Shown here one piece after another: positions 38,905 to 48,741 of a stretch of DNA of 64,000 nt. The stretch comes from Candidatus Poribacteria bacterium (GTDB lineage Bacteria; Poribacteria; WGA-4E; PCPOR2b). The notes beneath the pieces are model-generated. The model did not search any database. It had not been told where the DNA came from and saw nothing but the letters and a program-made list of their open reading frames with translations. A program made the position numbers and the translations under genes. Numbering within the stretch: position 1 is the stretch's first letter; each line of letters begins with the position of its first letter. Location of the stretch: positions 1,056,001 to 1,120,000 of the forward strand of contig OZ220744.1 in assembly GCA_965116925.1 (NCBI GenBank), written 5' to 3'.

Positions 38905-38991
38905 GTCTCAAGTGGGATTGAGCAGGATTCTTTGGACACATCCTGCTCGATTCCCTCACCTCTAACAATAGACAAGGGAGGTTGGCACACG

Positions 38992-39783
38992 ATGACCGAA
39001 GACGAACGTTATCTATTTGACCTGACAGGCTATCTTGTTATTAAAGATGTACTTGCCGCTGAAGAGGTCGAGCGTTGTAACGCAGCAATCGATCACCATT
39101 TTGATCAAGCGAAAGAGATAGACAGATCGCTTTCGGGTAACTCAAAAACGTTGTCAGGGACTTCTCGCCGGATAGATTTGGGCGGGATGCTGGCGTGGGA
39201 ACGCCCGTGGTGCGAACCGTTTCGACAGTTTTTGGTTCACCCACGGATTAAGCCCTACCTTGATGGTGTATTGGGAGAAGGCTATCGGCTAGATCACGGA
39301 CCGGGGATGATTGCGATGGACAGAGGAGCAGAAGGTGGCACCTTGCACGGCGGCGGCATCGAACGCCCAAACTTTTCCGAAGCCTATTTCTTCAAGGATG
39401 GACGTATCTACACCGGGCTCACGGTCGTCGAATATATGCTTGCAGACGAAGGGCCCGGAGATGGTGGGTTAGCGGTTATTCCGGGCAGCCATAAGGCGAA
39501 TCTTCCCTGTCCCCAAAGCATGAAGTTGTGGGAAAAATATCAGGAGCATGTGCTCGAAGTGAATGCGGAAGCGGGCGATGCGATTATCTTCAGTGAAACC
39601 CTGACGCATGGGACTTTGCCGTGGACAGCGAAGCATCAGCGGCGAGCCGTGCTCTATAAATTCAGCCCCGGATTTCAGGCATACAGCGCAGGGGCGCATC
39701 AAATCACCTATCCCGACTATATTGAGGATATGACGCCGGAGCAGCGGGAGGTAATGGAAGCCCCCCATATTCGCCGTCGATAG
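38992..39783 (+). CDS. PhyH-fold dioxygenase with HxG motif
   Basis: YLFDLTGYL, LHGGG, IPGSHKAN, ETLTHGTLPW, RR. Confidence 0.85.
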   Translation: MTEDERYLFDLTGYLVIKDVLAAEEVERCNAAIDHHFDQAKEIDRSLSGNSKTLSGTSRRIDLGGMLAWERPWCEPFRQFLVHPRIKPYLDGVLGEGYRLDHGPGMIAMDRGAEGGTLHGGGIERPNFSEAYFFKDGRIYTGLTVVEYMLADEGPGDGGLAVIPGSHKANLPCPQSMKLWEKYQEHVLEVNAEAGDAIIFSETLTHGTLPWTAKHQRRAVLYKFSPGFQAYSAGAHQITYPDYIEDMTPEQREVMEAPHIRRR

Positions 39784-39863
39784 GAATGAGAAGTTATCGA
39801 ATCCTCAGAAAGCAATGAGTTGGTGAGGATATCGTTTCCATAGTGAGTTGGAGGAAACCTCCG

Positions 39864-40595
39864 ATGAATCAAGGAAAACCAGACAGACTTCATGAGATAT
39901 CAGTCCGACCTACAGCGGCAGAATCGGGCGGTACGAAAATTCCGCCGTTGAAGCATGGTGACCTACTGACGCGAGACGAATTTCACCGACGCTATGAGGC
40001 GACACCGCATCTCAAGAAAATTGAACTCATCGAAGGGGTTGTCTACACGGGGTCACCTGTACGACATACACGCCATAGTCAACCTCACGGTCACATGATG
40101 GGTTGGCTTGCTGTCTATAGTGCTGCAACACCCGGAACTGATTTTGGTGACAATGCAACGGTTCGCCTCAATGATGACAACGAAGTACAGCCTGATGCCT
40201 TTTTACGCCTTGAGTCCGGGTTGGGAGGACACTCTCAGATTAGTGGGGATGATTACATTGAAGGCGCGCCGGAATTAATCATTGAGATCGCAGCCTCCAG
40301 TACAGACTATGACCTGAAGGTTAAGTTTGAGGTTTATCAGCACTGTGATGTTCAGGAATACATTGTGTGGCAAACCGAAGATGAACAACTCGATTGGTTC
40401 CGGCTCGTCGAAGGGGTCTATGTACCGTTACAGGCGAATGCGGCGGGCGTCATCGAAAGTCGATCCTTCCCCGGCTTACGGTTAGCAGTAGAAGCATTGT
40501 TAGCAAAGGATTTGGCAACCGTTTTAGTGGAATTACAAAAGGGGTTGGACACCTCTGAGCACATAGCGTTCGTCAATCGGCTATCGAAACCATGA
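39864..40595 (+). CDS. Uma2 family PD-(D/E)xK putative endonuclease
   Basis: ELIEG, QPD, GAPELIIEIAASS, D...K...Y....V.EY. Confidence 0.92.
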   Translation: MNQGKPDRLHEISVRPTAAESGGTKIPPLKHGDLLTRDEFHRRYEATPHLKKIELIEGVVYTGSPVRHTRHSQPHGHMMGWLAVYSAATPGTDFGDNATVRLNDDNEVQPDAFLRLESGLGGHSQISGDDYIEGAPELIIEIAASSTDYDLKVKFEVYQHCDVQEYIVWQTEDEQLDWFRLVEGVYVPLQANAAGVIESRSFPGLRLAVEALLAKDLATVLVELQKGLDTSEHIAFVNRLSKP

Positions 40596-40697
40596 AAGTA
40601 GAAAGGATAGAAACAGTTCCCATCCATAGACCACAATTTGAAATTCCGCTGCGCCCAGCGCACGGCGACGGAATCACCGAAAGGAGTTTGGAAGCCC

Positions 40698-42029
40698 ATG
40701 AGCAATGTTCCAATGACACGCCCCGAAGAGGCGTTGGCGATTCACGAGACGAGATATTTTCACTCGTCTACTTTTACAGAATTGGAAGATGGCCGCATTT
40801 TGCACGCAGCTGGAACGCAGTTCAATACCTCCGACGATGCTGGGATCACATGGTCTGACTCGTTCTCGTGTTCTGACATAGAGGGGAATCCGGTAGGCGG
40901 CGGCGGAACTTCGCTTGTGCGGTTATCCGACCGCGGCATCGGCTTGGCAGCCATGCAGAGACCTTCTGAGGGTTCTTCCGAGAGTGTCCGCCGGGAAACA
41001 CATCTGGTTTTCTGGCGATCAGAAGATGGCGGAAAGACTTGGGATCCGCCGGTCCGGGTAACGCCGCCGGGTATTGCCACCTATGCGTATCAAGATGTCC
41101 TACTTCGTACCTCCTCCGGACGCATTATCCTGCCGGTGTATATCTCGCTGGGACAAGCCTCTGGACCAGATGATGTCAAACCGCCTGCGTCTGGAAAATT
41201 GGTGAACGGTCAATGGGTGTCCACCGCTGCACACTTCTTCGATCCCCGTTTTTCCGCATCCTGCGTCTACTATTCGGACGACGATGGACGGACATGGCAG
41301 CGCAATCAGGACGGGGAACTGATCATCCTGATGGACTGGAACGCATCGTTCAGCTATACCAACGAGCCGACGGTAACAGAGGTCAGTCCGGGACGGCTGC
41401 TGATGTTCATGCGCAACGGATTGGGGCGGGTTTTTCAGGCGTGGTCGGAGGACAACGGGGAGACATGGACGCGCCCACAGCCGACTTCCCTCGCTTCGTC
41501 TACAGCACCTGCACAGATTCGGACATTGCCCAACGGACACCTCCTAGCGGTCTGGAATCAGGAGACCGAGAACGAAATTAAACGCGGTTACAATCGGACA
41601 CGCGTTTCTGCTGCCATTAGCCGTAATGGTGGCAGCGTGTGGGAATTTTTCCAGAATGTAGAATCGATGCACGAGGAGACCCGGGTCGAGCCGGGCCCCA
41701 TTCGGCCTGTCCGTCCGGCGGAATATAATTTTGATCCCGGGTTGTCTGCGCCGGAGCGAGAACAAGAACATATCCTTGCCTTCGATTTTCACGGGCGTTG
41801 GTCTTATCCCTCCGTGCTTGTGATGAAAGACCGTGTCCTGATTACCCATACCTATTCGTATTATGAGGAGCACCCGACCCGTGCTGAGATGGTTCTGAGC
41901 AGTCAGACAGAGGGAGGCTTCAATCAGAAGCTGAAGGTGCTGCCTTTGACATGGTTCTACGGTGGGAAGGAGCCTGCGGACAATCCTGTGCTGGCACGAA
42001 TATACGATCAGGGAACCCCTAATGCGTAA
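40698..42029 (+). CDS. BNR/Asp-box (sialidase-like) protein
   Basis: Repeated SxDxGxTW boxes, EPT, SYPS. Confidence 0.82.
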   Translation: MSNVPMTRPEEALAIHETRYFHSSTFTELEDGRILHAAGTQFNTSDDAGITWSDSFSCSDIEGNPVGGGGTSLVRLSDRGIGLAAMQRPSEGSSESVRRETHLVFWRSEDGGKTWDPPVRVTPPGIATYAYQDVLLRTSSGRIILPVYISLGQASGPDDVKPPASGKLVNGQWVSTAAHFFDPRFSASCVYYSDDDGRTWQRNQDGELIILMDWNASFSYTNEPTVTEVSPGRLLMFMRNGLGRVFQAWSEDNGETWTRPQPTSLASSTAPAQIRTLPNGHLLAVWNQETENEIKRGYNRTRVSAAISRNGGSVWEFFQNVESMHEETRVEPGPIRPVRPAEYNFDPGLSAPEREQEHILAFDFHGRWSYPSVLVMKDRVLITHTYSYYEEHPTRAEMVLSSQTEGGFNQKLKVLPLTWFYGGKEPADNPVLARIYDQGTPNA

Positions 42030-42141
42030 AACGTGAAGGACAGAAAACGGGAAAACGAGAAAACCGGAAAACGGGATAAAGCCAACCACAGAGGCGTAGA
42101 AAAACGCAGAAGGAAATTCTGTGCACTCTGCGTCTCTGCGA
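42023..42141 (+). repeat. Octamer tandem array (GAAAACGG-like) plus ACCACAGAG...CTCTGCG hairpin
   Basis: gaaaacgggaaaacgagaaaaccggaaaacggg; related to 61591-61738. Confidence 0.65.
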
Positions 42142-42158
42142 CTAAGGGGAGATAATTG

Positions 42159-43160
42159 ATGTTAAAATTTGCTTATTTGGGGGCATGGCACAGCCACGCC
42201 AGTATGCACACCCGTGAATCAACAGAGCGGCCGGAGGAGTTCAAACCCGTCGGATTTTACGACCCAGATCCAGAGGTCGTTGCGCGGAGAGAGGGGGAGT
42301 GGTCCGAATCCTTTCCTGACCTCACCGTTTTCCCATCAGTTGAAGCGGTGTTGGATAGCGACGCTCAAGCGGTCATCGTCGAGGGACATGTTTATCAGAA
42401 TCTGGATTACGCAGAGCAGGCACTTGAAGCCGGCAAACATGTATTGCTCGAAAAACCGGCGGGCGTTAATACAGAGCAGTTGCAGCGGATTCACGAACTC
42501 TCGGAACGCAAAGGACTGTGCCTTCAGATGGCGTATATGTGGCGGTACAATCCCGCAATTGCCGAAATGCTGCGGCTCGCCAAATTGGGTGCGTTTGGCG
42601 ACATTTTCTACTATCGCGGACACATCCCCAAACCGATAGGGTGGCATCCACAGTTGGCGCAGGAGTTCAAGGTATATCACGGCGGGATTTACTTCGAGAT
42701 GGCGGGACATCTGATCGACCTGATGGTTATTCTCATGGGAGAGCCGAAGGGTGTACAACCCTCCTTGGGGCGGCACTACGACAGCCGATCTGAGGTGGAT
42801 AATGCGGTCGTCGTCCATGAGTTTGAAAGTGGACTTGGTACAATCGACACCGCGGGGATGCATATTGAGAGTGGCAAAACCCGCCGTATTGAAGTCTACG
42901 GCACAAAGGGCACAGCGATCCACACTCCCATCGGCTCGGATAACCTCAGCCTGTTTCTGGGGGAAGCTGTTGAAGGCTACGCAGCCGGCCCACAGGACGT
43001 GACCATCACTCAGTCATCAACCTCCGGATCGCTGTTGCGGGAGCTCTCCACCTGCATTCGAGGAGAAAAACAGCCGGATTACACACTAGCGCACGATAAG
43101 GCTGTGCAGCGGACACTGTTCGCCGGTTGTGGCATAACGGATGGGGACGCACTTAGATAA
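42159..43160 (+). CDS. Gfo/Idh/MocA oxidoreductase
   Basis: ALEAGKHVLLEKP, RYNP, GG...E..GH..D, IEVYGTKG. Confidence 0.9.
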   Translation: MLKFAYLGAWHSHASMHTRESTERPEEFKPVGFYDPDPEVVARREGEWSESFPDLTVFPSVEAVLDSDAQAVIVEGHVYQNLDYAEQALEAGKHVLLEKPAGVNTEQLQRIHELSERKGLCLQMAYMWRYNPAIAEMLRLAKLGAFGDIFYYRGHIPKPIGWHPQLAQEFKVYHGGIYFEMAGHLIDLMVILMGEPKGVQPSLGRHYDSRSEVDNAVVVHEFESGLGTIDTAGMHIESGKTRRIEVYGTKGTAIHTPIGSDNLSLFLGEAVEGYAAGPQDVTITQSSTSGSLLRELSTCIRGEKQPDYTLAHDKAVQRTLFAGCGITDGDALR

Positions 43161-43223
43161 GTGTGTGTATTCGACGAGCCTTCACCATGACCGAAATAAG
43201 CCCCTCTGTCTGGAAGGATTTCT

Positions 43224-43955
43224 ATGAAAGATAACGCAAAAGCAGATGTCCTTGAAATCAAAGCACTCACATTTGACGTATTCGGTACGGTTGTGGACTG
43301 GCGCGGCAGCATCATCCGTGAAGGCGAAGCGTTTGGAGCAGCTCGCGGACTTGATGTGGATTGGGCGGAGTTTGCGGACAAGTGGCGGGGAGGATACGGT
43401 CCCTCAATGAATCGCGTCCGTCAAGGCGAACTGCCGTGGTTGAATATAGATACCCTGCACCGTATGATTCTGGACGAACTGCTCGACGAGTTCGAGATCA
43501 CGGGGTTGAGCGAAGCGGATAAGGACCACCTCAACCGCGTGTGGCACCGTCTGATGCCGTGGCCCGATGCCGTCAGTGGACTCCAGCGACTGCGTGAACG
43601 ATTCATCGTTGCGCCCTTGTCCAACGGCAATATCGCCTTGCTCACCAATATGGCGAAACACGCCGGGCTGCCGTGGGACTGCATTCTGTCGTCGGAGCTG
43701 GCGAAGCACTATAAACCAGATCCGGAGGTCTACCAAACCGCCGCAAACCTGCTAGGTCTTCCGCCAAGTCAAGTAATGATGGTCGCCGCACACCCCGGCG
43801 ACCTGATCGCTTCATCGGCTGTGGGATTTAAGACCGGATTCGTGCCTCGTCCCGAAGAATACGGACCGCATCGCAACCGGGATCTAGAACACGACACCTC
43901 CTTTGATGTGGTGGCGAACGACTTCAATGATTTGGCAAGTCAGCTAGGAGCGTAG
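43224..43955 (+). CDS. Haloacid dehalogenase type II
   Basis: FDVFGTVVDW, LSNGN, YKPDP, MVAAH..D. Confidence 0.9.
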   Translation: MKDNAKADVLEIKALTFDVFGTVVDWRGSIIREGEAFGAARGLDVDWAEFADKWRGGYGPSMNRVRQGELPWLNIDTLHRMILDELLDEFEITGLSEADKDHLNRVWHRLMPWPDAVSGLQRLRERFIVAPLSNGNIALLTNMAKHAGLPWDCILSSELAKHYKPDPEVYQTAANLLGLPPSQVMMVAAHPGDLIASSAVGFKTGFVPRPEEYGPHRNRDLEHDTSFDVVANDFNDLASQLGA

Positions 43956-43962
43956 AACAGAG

Positions 43963-44682
43963 ATGTTTGTCGGTGTGGATGGTTGCAGGGCGGGTTGGTT
44001 CGCTATCGGACTGAAAGCAGAAGGTAGTTGGCAGGTCAACATTTTTCCAGATGTGTCTAGCCTTTGGAATCATCACCGGGGTGCGTCCTTGATACTAATC
44101 GACATCCCTATCGGCTTGAAAACGGGTGGCAAAACTGAACGACGGTGTGATCCTGTAGTCCGGAAGTTGTTGGGACCGAGACGTTCAAGCGTGTTTCCCG
44201 CGCCGTGCCGTGAGGCGATATATGCATCGTCGTATCAGGAAGCCTGCGATATCAATCAACGGTTGACAGGCAAACGGTTGTCCGTCGAAAACTGGAATAT
44301 TATCCCAAAGATCCGTGAGATGGATTGCCTCCTTTCGGACGATACCTCCGCTAGAGATCGGATCAGAGAAATCCACCCGGAACTCTGCTTTTGGGGATTG
44401 GCAGGTCGTCCGATGCAACATGCCAAAAAGCGGAATGAAGGGCTATCAGAACGAACGCAACTCCTCCAGTCACTCTATCCACAGACCGCCGATATAGTCA
44501 ACCATGCGCTATCCACCTATAGGCGCAAAGATGTCGCAAGGGATGACATCCTTGATGCGCTGGCTGCCGCAGTGACTGGGTTGATGGAAGAAGACAATCT
44601 CGTGTCAATTCCGCAGGAACCTGAGTTTGATGACCGAGGCTTGCGGATGGAGATGGTATATTGCCCGTACACCGTGGGTTAA
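43963..44682 (+). CDS. DUF429 (RNase H-fold predicted nuclease)
   Basis: GVDGCRAGW, IDIPIGL, EIHPE, DDILDA. Confidence 0.85.
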   Translation: MFVGVDGCRAGWFAIGLKAEGSWQVNIFPDVSSLWNHHRGASLILIDIPIGLKTGGKTERRCDPVVRKLLGPRRSSVFPAPCREAIYASSYQEACDINQRLTGKRLSVENWNIIPKIREMDCLLSDDTSARDRIREIHPELCFWGLAGRPMQHAKKRNEGLSERTQLLQSLYPQTADIVNHALSTYRRKDVARDDILDALAAAVTGLMEEDNLVSIPQEPEFDDRGLRMEMVYCPYTVG

Positions 44683-44729
44683 ATTTCTATAACGCACGAC
44701 TGAATAGATTTATGATAGGAGATACAACG

Positions 44730-45944
44730 ATGCAACTCAATCAAGACCAATTCATGGAAGAAGGGTATTTGGTCCTGCGGGAGGTCGTCCCACCGGCGGA
44801 ATTGGAAGATTTACGCGCCGGTTATGAGCGGATGGTCGATCGACAGCGCGGGCTCTGGGCGAGCGAACGCAATCCAGACGACCCACCGGGCGGTGTATGG
44901 GAAACAGGGGCACAGCCTCGGTTAATGCTGCATCGTCCTCCTTTGGTGGACCTGATCGATGAGGCGACAGCGAACACAGCGGAAATTTGGCTCCACAAAA
45001 ACACGCAGGGTGTCAGCACCCAGTTGATGGGGGAACCTGACGCAGCCGTTACCGAAATGATGATGATGTGCAGCCCGGTGCGTGACCGGGGTCCTGCGGT
45101 CTGGCACCGCGATATCCATCCCGTTGATACTGCCCCGCTACAGGCATACATAGATGACATCATAGAGAATGGACCGAGATACGTGCAGTGGAACATCCCT
45201 CTTTACGATGACAGTGTGCTGTGGGTCGTGCCCGGCAGCCACGTCCGCATCAACACCGAAGAGGAGAACCGTCAGCTACTAGCGGATCCGCGTCTCCCGT
45301 TGCCCGGCAGCGTCCAAACGCATCTGAACGGTGGCGATGGTGTGGTCTACATCACCCCGATCCTCCACTGGGGCAGCAACTACAGTGCAAAGCTGCGGCG
45401 CACGATTCACGGCGGTTTCTGTAACTTCACGAAATATGAAGATCTGAGTTATACGAAAAATCTATCCACCCAAGCCCAAGCCACCCTAGAACGGTGGGAC
45501 AAGCGGAGCAGGCGGATGCAGGCTCACACCGAATCTGCACTCCGCGCTGTGATCGAAAAAAGCGGTTCTGCCTACCAAGCAGCGTTAGAGGAGATACATC
45601 CGGATAGGGGCGAAAAGGGCAAAATGCTGACGACGATCTTCTTGTGCAAGGCGGCGTTCTTTGTCAATCTCCACCGTAACCCAGACCTTGAAGATGGACC
45701 GGAAGACCTTCGCAGGCGAGGAACGAGCGCGCATCCAACTACGCTAAACTGGGGACCCGAATTTGCGGATCGCTTCACACCAGAGGACGCGGAAACCCTA
45801 TGGCAACGGTTTAAGCCGCTCGATGCCAAACTTCAGAGAGATGAGGAGCATTTTTTCCCCGGCTTCCAGTCGGGACCGATGCGCTACTGCTTTAATGAGA
45901 CACCCGCCGATTTCGGTGTAGAGGAATTCATCGCGAGTTGGTAG
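44730..45944 (+). CDS. Long PhyH family dioxygenase with C-terminal extension
   Basis: WHRD, VPGSH, LHWGSNY..RRT.H. Confidence 0.82.
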   Translation: MQLNQDQFMEEGYLVLREVVPPAELEDLRAGYERMVDRQRGLWASERNPDDPPGGVWETGAQPRLMLHRPPLVDLIDEATANTAEIWLHKNTQGVSTQLMGEPDAAVTEMMMMCSPVRDRGPAVWHRDIHPVDTAPLQAYIDDIIENGPRYVQWNIPLYDDSVLWVVPGSHVRINTEEENRQLLADPRLPLPGSVQTHLNGGDGVVYITPILHWGSNYSAKLRRTIHGGFCNFTKYEDLSYTKNLSTQAQATLERWDKRSRRMQAHTESALRAVIEKSGSAYQAALEEIHPDRGEKGKMLTTIFLCKAAFFVNLHRNPDLEDGPEDLRRRGTSAHPTTLNWGPEFADRFTPEDAETLWQRFKPLDAKLQRDEEHFFPGFQSGPMRYCFNETPADFGVEEFIASW

Positions 45945-45968
45945 AGAACGCAGATCTGCGTTCCCTAC
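45941..45968. repeat. 28-bp REP-like palindrome, copy 2 (one mismatch); supplies the PhyH stop codon
   Basis: GTAGAGAACGCAGATCTGCGTTCCCTAC. Confidence 0.88.
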
Positions 45969-46020
45969 TATCCGAAGCGGCAGCACCTTTAGAGGGTTAA
46001 ATTTGGGAGAGGAGAAATAG

Positions 46021-46863
46021 ATGATCGTTGATGTACACAGCCATTGCCTGCAGCCGGAGCACATGAGTGAAGCCAACCATCGCGCTAATGAACGGGCAGG
46101 CTATCCGCCGATGCCACCACTGTCGCCCGAAACGTATCTTAAAGCGATGGAGGTTGTCGACAAAGCAATAGTCTTTGGTGTGCGGGGCGTTTCTGCTGGG
46201 ATGCACAGTCCCAACAATTTTACCGCTGAATGGGTCAAGCACGCACCGGAGAAATTGATCGGCTTCGCGGCGATAGATCCAACCGAGGAGGACCATCTCG
46301 AAGAGGTCGACCGGTGTGTGTCCGACTTGGGACTGCGGGGTATCAAACTCTACCCCATGCTAGGGCGATACGATCCCACTGATCCCACCGTCGCCTTTCC
46401 CTTATACGAAAAGGCGCAGCGGATGGGATTGCCGATCTTGTCGCATATGGGAACACATCCGGGCCCTCGGGCGATGCTCAAATACAGTTTACCGATACTG
46501 ATTGACGAAGTTGCCCAAGCGTTTCCAGACCTCAAGTTTATCATGGCGCACATGGCACACCCGTGGCAGCGAGATTGTGCCGTTGTCTTGCGTAAGCACC
46601 CCAATGTCTACGCAGATGTCTCCGGTGGTGGATGGGTCCGTCAGTGGCAGGGCTGGGAGGGGTTAATTGGCATGGTCGAGTGGGGTGTGACAGACAAACT
46701 CCTTTTTGGCTCTGATTTTCCGTTATGGACGCCGCAGGAGGGCATGGACGGGCTGCGCCGGCTGAACGATCAACTCGAAGGCACAAAGCTGCCGCGTATC
46801 CCTGAAGATGTAATTGAAGGGATTATCCACCGGGATTCACTTGCGCTGCTAGGGTTAGAATAA
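46021..46863 (+). CDS. Amidohydrolase_2 family protein
   Basis: DVHSH, GLRGIK, AHMAHP, NVYADVS, LFGSDFP. Confidence 0.88.
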   Translation: MIVDVHSHCLQPEHMSEANHRANERAGYPPMPPLSPETYLKAMEVVDKAIVFGVRGVSAGMHSPNNFTAEWVKHAPEKLIGFAAIDPTEEDHLEEVDRCVSDLGLRGIKLYPMLGRYDPTDPTVAFPLYEKAQRMGLPILSHMGTHPGPRAMLKYSLPILIDEVAQAFPDLKFIMAHMAHPWQRDCAVVLRKHPNVYADVSGGGWVRQWQGWEGLIGMVEWGVTDKLLFGSDFPLWTPQEGMDGLRRLNDQLEGTKLPRIPEDVIEGIIHRDSLALLGLE

Positions 46864-46928
46864 TCAGGCCGGAAGATGGCAAAGACGAGCTTTCTGTACT
46901 ACGGAGCACCTGAAAGAGAACTATTCAG

Positions 46929-48113
46929 ATGGAACGTATGCGTGTAACTGAAGTCAAGACTTTTCTTGTCGGTGGAAGCTGGCGTAATTGGCTGATTGTG
47001 AAGGTAGAGACTGATGCCGGCATCCACGGTGTCGGCGAAGCGACCCTTGAAGGCAAGTCTAAGACTGTCGAAGGCGCGGTGGTCGAATTGACGCGCTACA
47101 TTGTCGGCAAGGATCCCTTTGCCATAGAGAAGCATTTTCAGGAGATGTACCGGCGGGCGTTTTACGCCGGTGGGGAGGTGTTGACCAGCGCAATCAGCGG
47201 TGTCGAAACCGCACTATGGGATATCAAGGGCAAGGCACTCGGTGTGCCGATATACGAACTGCTCGGTGGTCGCACGCGCGATCGGATCAAGTTGTACGCC
47301 AACGCATGGTATCGGCAAGGCATGAGTCCCGAAGAATTTGAGGCGGCGGCGAAAGAGATTGTGAGGCTTGGTGCGAAGGGATTGAAGTTCAATCCTTGGG
47401 GCGGGCGTCCCGGCATCGATTTCTATCGGTTGGATAACAATATCTTGAACACAGGAATTGACGCTGTGGCAGCGGTCCGGGAGGCGGTTGGACCAGATAT
47501 CGACCTATACATCGACTGCAACGGAATATTCAACACCGCCGCCAATGCGGTCCGGGCGGCTAAGGGTGTCGAGCAGTACAACATCAGTTTCTTTGAAGAA
47601 CCCGTCCCCCACGAAAACCTTGACGCAATGGCTTACGTGCGAAGCAAGATCAACATCCCCGTTGCCACAGGTGAACGGTTGTTCACCATCTTCAGTTTTC
47701 AGCAACTGCTTGAGCATGGCGGCGCGGATATCGTTCAGCCGGATATGTCGCACTGCGGTGGGATGCTTGAGGCACGGAAGATTGCCGCAATCGCAGATTC
47801 ACATTATGCGGCATTCGCGCCGCACAACCCTAACGGGGAGGTTTCCTACGCTTCCTCTGTTCAACTCGCAGCGTGCGTTCCAAACTTCTTGGTGTTAGAG
47901 CACTTTCCGCCCGAGCCGTGGCGCTTCGATGTTTGCATAAATCCGATGGTTGTCGAGGATGGCTGGCTTGAGATCCCTGACCGTCCGGGGTTGGGGGTCG
48001 AATTCAATGAGGAGGCCGCGCTGGAACATCCCTACGAACCGATTGATCTTTATAACCTACACCGCCCAGAATTACAACAGAAGGCACCTCGATACGCTGG
48101 TAAACTGCGGTGA
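46929..48113 (+). CDS. Galactonate-dehydratase-like enolase superfamily enzyme
   Basis: VKVETDAG.HGVGE, ALWDIKGK, EEP, ATGER, QPD, APHNP. Confidence 0.85.
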   Translation: MERMRVTEVKTFLVGGSWRNWLIVKVETDAGIHGVGEATLEGKSKTVEGAVVELTRYIVGKDPFAIEKHFQEMYRRAFYAGGEVLTSAISGVETALWDIKGKALGVPIYELLGGRTRDRIKLYANAWYRQGMSPEEFEAAAKEIVRLGAKGLKFNPWGGRPGIDFYRLDNNILNTGIDAVAAVREAVGPDIDLYIDCNGIFNTAANAVRAAKGVEQYNISFFEEPVPHENLDAMAYVRSKINIPVATGERLFTIFSFQQLLEHGGADIVQPDMSHCGGMLEARKIAAIADSHYAAFAPHNPNGEVSYASSVQLAACVPNFLVLEHFPPEPWRFDVCINPMVVEDGWLEIPDRPGLGVEFNEEAALEHPYEPIDLYNLHRPELQQKAPRYAGKLR

Positions 48114-48124
48114 TATATCCGATT

Positions 48125-48263
48125 GGCTTATGTAAAAAGAGAATGCAAAACACAAAAAGCGTGAAACGTGAAACGTGAAAACCAGCCGTTCATTGGTTCG
48201 TTAATGAACGAGTGAACTAATGAACTCAATCGGTTTCTATTGTGTGATTTCTTAACATAAACC
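48125..48263 (+). mobile_element. MITE with GGYTYATGT termini (IS1595-like ends) and heptamer/octamer cargo
   Basis: GGCTTATGTAAAAAG...CTTAACATAAACC; ends match the elements at 53838 and 53890. Confidence 0.75.
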
Positions 48264-48341
48264 TTGCGTTTTTTCCTTAATCTTCTGTCAGAAATCGGAT
48301 ACCTTTTTACTGTTGGCATACCAGTCCAAATTCGTATGATT

Positions 48342-48443
48342 TATAGTGAATTCTAAAAATAAATAGACACTTTCGCCCCCCGGTAGGTGCGGTTGGAAAC
48401 CGCACCGGTTTGGAGTGTCTCATTAATTCTAGGGTCCACTATA
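48342..48443. mobile_element. 102-bp MITE with about 30-bp TIRs starting TATAGTG and a central GTAG REP hairpin
   Basis: Left TATAGTGAATTCTAAAAATAAATAGACACT; right end reverse complement TATAGTGGACCCTAGAATTAATGAGACACT; inner GTAGGTGCGGTTGGAAACCGCACC. Confidence 0.78.
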
Positions 48444-48465
48444 GTAGAAATGAAAGGAAATTGTC

Positions 48466-48651
48466 ATGATGCACCAAGCTGTGACCTCCGATCAAAACAT
48501 TAAGCCAATGAGAAAGGCGCAAGAGTACGTCTATTGGCAAAATGGGGAAATGTATCTCGGATACCTTAAAGAGTATCCTGATCATTGGACACAAGGTGAA
48601 ACAATAGGAGAATTGGAAGAAAACCTTCTTGATATTTATGATATTCTATAA
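48466..48651 (+). pseudogene. HicB-like antitoxin, probably C-terminally truncated; no hicA visible
   Basis: YVYWQ.GEMYLGYLKEYPDHWTQGETIGELEENL.D. Confidence 0.7.
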
Positions 48652-48741
48652 GCCATATATTTCCTGATTATATAAACTCTTGGCGGCATAACTCCTAACT
48701 TTACCCCCGCGCTGAATTGCACCGATGACGGGGGTTTTCTT
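48646..48741 (-). pseudogene. IS1595-family transposase fragment
   Basis: Manual translation KKTPVIGAIQRGGKVRSYAAKSL matches the K.PV.G.V.RGG.V motif. Confidence 0.6.

Noticed and set aside
42023..42141. CRISPR array in the short repeats (also 48160 and 61600)
   Set aside because: Units are 7-8 nt and tandem, with no unique spacers and no cas genes
39864..44682. Uma2 and DUF429 nucleases as a defence system
   Set aside because: They are not adjacent, are embedded among metabolic genes, and both families commonly occur alone
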